A program made the position numbers and the translations under genes. Shown piece by piece: positions 60,320 through 64,000 of a DNA stretch of 64,000 nt (its first letter is position 1; each line of letters begins with the position of its first letter). This DNA comes from Mobula hypostoma. Taxonomy: Eukaryota. A model generated the notes under the pieces. The model ran no database searches. It was not told the DNA's origin and saw only the letters and a list, made by a program, of their open reading frames with translations. The stretch lies in assembly GCF_963921235.1 (NCBI RefSeq), contig NC_086097.1:7378001-7442000 (forward strand). The letters run 5' to 3'.

Positions 60320-61271
60320 GAATTGTAACTATAACAGAATCGATTAACGATTCGCCCACTAGAGCATTCAACTAGAGTGCAGAAGACAACAGACTGTGCA
60401 AGTGCAAAAAGAAGAAATGAGAATATAAGTAATTATCAAGAACATGAGATGAAGAGTCCTTGAAAGTGAAGTCCTTAACATTTCAATGATGGGGTGAGTG
60501 AAGTTATTCCCTTTAGTTCAAGAGCCTGATGGTTGAGAGGTAATAACTGTTCCTGAACCTGGTGGTGTGGGTCCTAAGGCTCTTGTACCTCCTTCTTGAT
60601 GGCAGCAGTGAGAAAAGAGCAGATCCTGGGTGGTGGGGTTCCCTGATGATTGTTGCTACTTTCCTGCAATAGCGTTTCATGTAGGTGTGCTCAATGGTTA
60701 GGAGGGCTTAACCCATGTGGACTGAGTCATATCCAGTACTTTTTGTTGTGCAGTGGTGGTGCATTGAAATGCATAATAATAAAAACTATTATTAATGTAA
60801 AGTGCAATAAGATATATAGAGATAAATAAGTAGTTAAAAAAAGGGAAAACTAGTGAGGTAGTGTTGATGGGTTCGATGTCCCATCACTACATCACTACAT
60901 ATTTTTAAGTTCTAGTTTCCGTTCAAGTTTATTGTCATTCAACCATACACATGAATGCAGCTTAATGAAACTTCATTCCTCTGGGGCTAAGGTGCAAATC
61001 ACAGTGCATCGTCCACACAGTAGATATAGTCACGGAGTAATGTCAGCACATGTTCCCGAGTGGCAGAGCCTGAGCACTGACAGGTTGACATAAAGCACGA
61101 GCACTCCCCCATGAACGGACCCAAGCCTGGCTGCAGAAGGAGTAGATTTGGGAATGGGGCTGGCAGCCATATCCCGTAAAACACCGGAGCTAGAGAAATG
61201 CCAACAGAATCTCCAAATCTTCATCCCTGGGAGAGGAAGGATACGCCTAGAAGATGGGCGACATCTGGAGC

Positions 61272-61344
61272 CAAGGATTCCCAACCTGGGGTCCACAGAC
61301 CCCTTGCTTAATGATATTGACATAAGAAAGGTTGGGAAGCTCTG
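61272..61344. mobile_element. hAT micro-MITE (reverse orientation to the copy at 9061)
   Basis: caaggattcccaacctggggtccacagaccccttgcttaatg..ggttgggaagctctg. Confidence 0.75.
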
Positions 61345-61389
61345 CCTGGAGATAGTGTGAAAGGTGCGAAGAGCATGGTTGTACATCAA

Positions 61390-61645
61390 TGTAATTTATT
61401 GAGATTCACGGCAGAGTAGACCCTTCCGTCCTTTGAGCTGCGCTGTTTAGCAACCCCTGATTTAACACTAACTGAGCCTCGGACAATTTGCGATGATCAA
61501 TCAGCCTACCTTTGGACAATGAAAGGAACTCAGAGCACCCAGGGAAAAGCCACGAGGTCGCAGGGAGAACCTACAATCTCCTTACAGTCAGCAGCAGGAA
61601 TTGAACCCAAGTTGCTGGTACTGTGCTATCCACTGCCCTACTGCG
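61390..61645 (-). mobile_element. V-SINE
   Basis: Reverse complement B box gggttcaattcc and ggttctccctgcgacctcgtggcttttccctgggtgctctgag. Confidence 0.7.
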
Positions 61646-62434
61646 ATGTAGTGTTACTGCCACTATTATATATAAAGAAACTATCAGTCATATAAATATG
61701 TGAAACAGCAGCAAAAAAGATGAAAAGTGACCAGAGTGTACAAGTGAGTTGGGAAGTGGGAGGCTGAGAGGATGGCAATGTAATGAGGCATTCAGACAGG
61801 GTCTACATGTATGCTGGGCATGTATGATGGCCAACATCCTGTGGGAAGAAGGTAATTTTATGGTTGTGGAACACTGCTATGTATAAAATGGTTGAAAGAT
61901 CTGATGATCACAGAAACGGCAATTTAAGGAAGTATGCTAGGTTATGGCTTATTCGTAGCCTTTAATAGGTACTGTTTAAATACTGATTCTCTTGTTTGAA
62001 GTCCATATTGCTTTTGGCAACTGATGTGATTGATTTTTTTAAATAGATCTCTTTTAACAGTTTTACTACCTAACATTATTTAACACCATAAACCAATTCA
62101 AAGGAGTGCGACTGAAGAAATAAAAGATCTTTACTTACATAACCCAAGATTAAATAACTAATTTTCTTATTGCCTTCAGTGATGTTTGATGTCTACTTTT
62201 AGACACAATTCAAATATACTCATAACATCAACAGTGTTAGGGCGAATTTTAATAATGTTATGTACCTACTGAAATTCATTATAAGTGCCAAAATAAATTG
62301 TAAATCTGAAAAAAAAACGTGGGTCATTTAGGCTTTAAGCAATTACAGTGCATGTTTGCTCTGACTGTATTACTTTGACTGTTATGAAAAGATATTAAAC
62401 ACTCACAACCAAGGAAGTGTTAGAATCTTTAAAC

Positions 62435-62524
62435 GCAGCAGGCCAGGCAGCATCTCTAGGAAGAGGTACAGTCGACGTTTCGGGCCAAGACCCTTCGTCT
62501 GTGTCCTGCAGAATTCCTCATGTT
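62435..62524. mobile_element. Tiny inverted Penelope pLTR insertion
   Basis: 14-bp TSD tagaatctttaaac / taggatctttaaac; reverse complement contains GAAAC-GTC-GACTG. Confidence 0.85.
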
Positions 62525-62604
62525 TAGGATCTTTAAACATTGATTTTATTTAGAGTACCAAATATATTTTGGTGATTTAAGATGGTGGTGAATATTGGTG
62601 ACTA

Positions 62605-62935
62605 GGGTTGAGGCATTTAACTGGGGTACCATGGAGACTCTGGCACAGGCAGGCATGAGAATTTTTTAAAGTGTGGTTCTCTTCTGATAACTCTGTAAAT
62701 AAACTATCAAGATCAATGTCACCTACGAACCCTTCAGTGCCAAAGAAATGCACGCCAATAGAATTCAAAGGTCAACTGAAGGCGTAGTCAATCAGGACCA
62801 AGGCAAGCGAATGGATGCCTATATAAACGCCAGTACTCCCAGAGAGAAACACCAACAATTGCTCAGTGGAGAAGTCACCCCAACTGGTGATGAAATGTCT
62901 GCAAGCTCATTTCCACAACATCAGATCTTTTGGTG
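62605..62935 (+). mobile_element. Old Penelope (Poseidon-type) 3' end
   Basis: FNWG..LAQA..EF..WFSSDNSVNK-like endonuclease end; tatataaa; degenerate hammerhead gtcacc..ggtgat-GAAA-tgtc. Confidence 0.55.
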
Positions 62936-63359
62936 ATGTTGAACAGCTTGCATGTTGAAGAGGAAAGATAAACTGTAGGAACATAACTTAGAATAATTCA
63001 GTATCTCATTCTAGATTTAAGAAAGCTCATTAGAGAATTGCTGGAAGAATAACTAAAGATACATGGCTTTAATTTGAAGCTAATTTCTTCACAAATGCCC
63101 TGCCAGCATTATTTGAACTGAAATGAGTTCATATTAGTTTTTATTTGATGTATGTAACACTGCTGTATCCATTAGTGATTATGAATAACTGATTAAATTT
63201 GGGCGTCTTTTTGACAGTCGTCAGATCAAGTTAATTGTCATTTAACTATACAGGTATACTGCCAAACAAGACAACATTTCTCCGGACCAGGGTGTAAAGC
63301 ACAGGTGTACACAAACTCACACATAGTACACAATAACTTAGGAAAGTTGGGATAAAATC

Positions 63360-63707
63360 TGCAACACACTGAAAATGCTAGAGGAACTCAGCAGGCCAGG
63401 CAGCATCTATGGAAAAAAAGTACAGTCGACATTTCGGACCGAAGCCCTTTGGCAGGACTGGAGAAAAAAATCTGAGAAGTAGGTTTGAAAGGTGGAGGGA
63501 GGGGAGAGAGAAATGCCAGGCAATGCCAGGTGAAACTTGGAGGGGGGAAGGATGAAGCAAAGAGCTAGGAAGTTGATTGGTGAAAGAGACAGAAGTCCAT
63601 GGAAGAAAGATAATGTTGGCTGTACTTTTCTCCATAGATGCTGCCTGGCCTGCTGAGTTTCTCCAGCATTTTGAGTGTGTTGCTCGGATTTCCAGCATCT
63701 TGTTTGC
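63360..63707. mobile_element. Penelope pLTR with inverted arrangement, inserted in a Rex-type tail
   Basis: Antisense pLTR at 63360-63610 then sense piece at 63615-63707; TSD gataaaat. Confidence 0.82.
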
Positions 63708-64000
63708 GATAAAATGATGCAGATGAATTGTGCATAAATAAACGAAGTAAGGTGTATAAATTAAATATTGTAAGGTACAGAACAGATTAAGCTGTAACAC
63801 TTCAAACGCGATGTGGCAGGGAGTTCAGAAGACTAATGGCCTGAGGGAAGAAACTGTTTCCCATCCCATTCTTGTTTTTATGCATTACAGTGTCCTGCAT
63901 GATGGTGGAAAGTCAAAGAGGGTACTGGATGGAAGGGTGGGCCCTGTGTATGCAGCACTCCTGATAAATGTCCCCAATGGATACTAGGGAGAGCCCTATG

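Overview
This is eukaryotic vertebrate DNA, most likely from a cartilaginous fish (shark or ray); that is inferred from the repeat families (HE1-like V-SINEs, SacSINE/DeuSINE-like remnants, abundant CR1), not from a search. I found no convincing host protein-coding exon, rRNA, tRNA gene or CRISPR array. The window looks like an intron or intergenic region dominated by nested transposons: many CR1 LINEs (two young copies with 562- and 596-aa RT ORFs, one internally deleted copy keeping ORF1), Rex1/Babar, L2 and L1 3' ends, Penelope-like elements, a Gmr1-like Gypsy remnant with one LTR, RTE-derived and tRNA-derived SINEs, and hAT, Tc1 and Tigger-type DNA elements. The most interesting signals are non-coding. 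(1) An HDV-like double-pseudoknot ribozyme fold with an unusual hairpin-expanded L3 lies at the 5' end of a retroelement (43664 +, 50288 -). (2) About a dozen minimal hammerhead ribozyme motifs sit in Penelope pseudo-LTRs, and one fold-back insertion has a sense arm starting exactly at the predicted cleavage site. (3) A 17-bp minisatellite grew out of the CR1 ORF2 LDRYMD codons. (4) A compound transposon is bounded by two mini-MITEs. (5) One target site is present three times around adjacent Penelope and L1 insertions. Family names come from motif recognition by eye, and boundaries of old elements are approximate.
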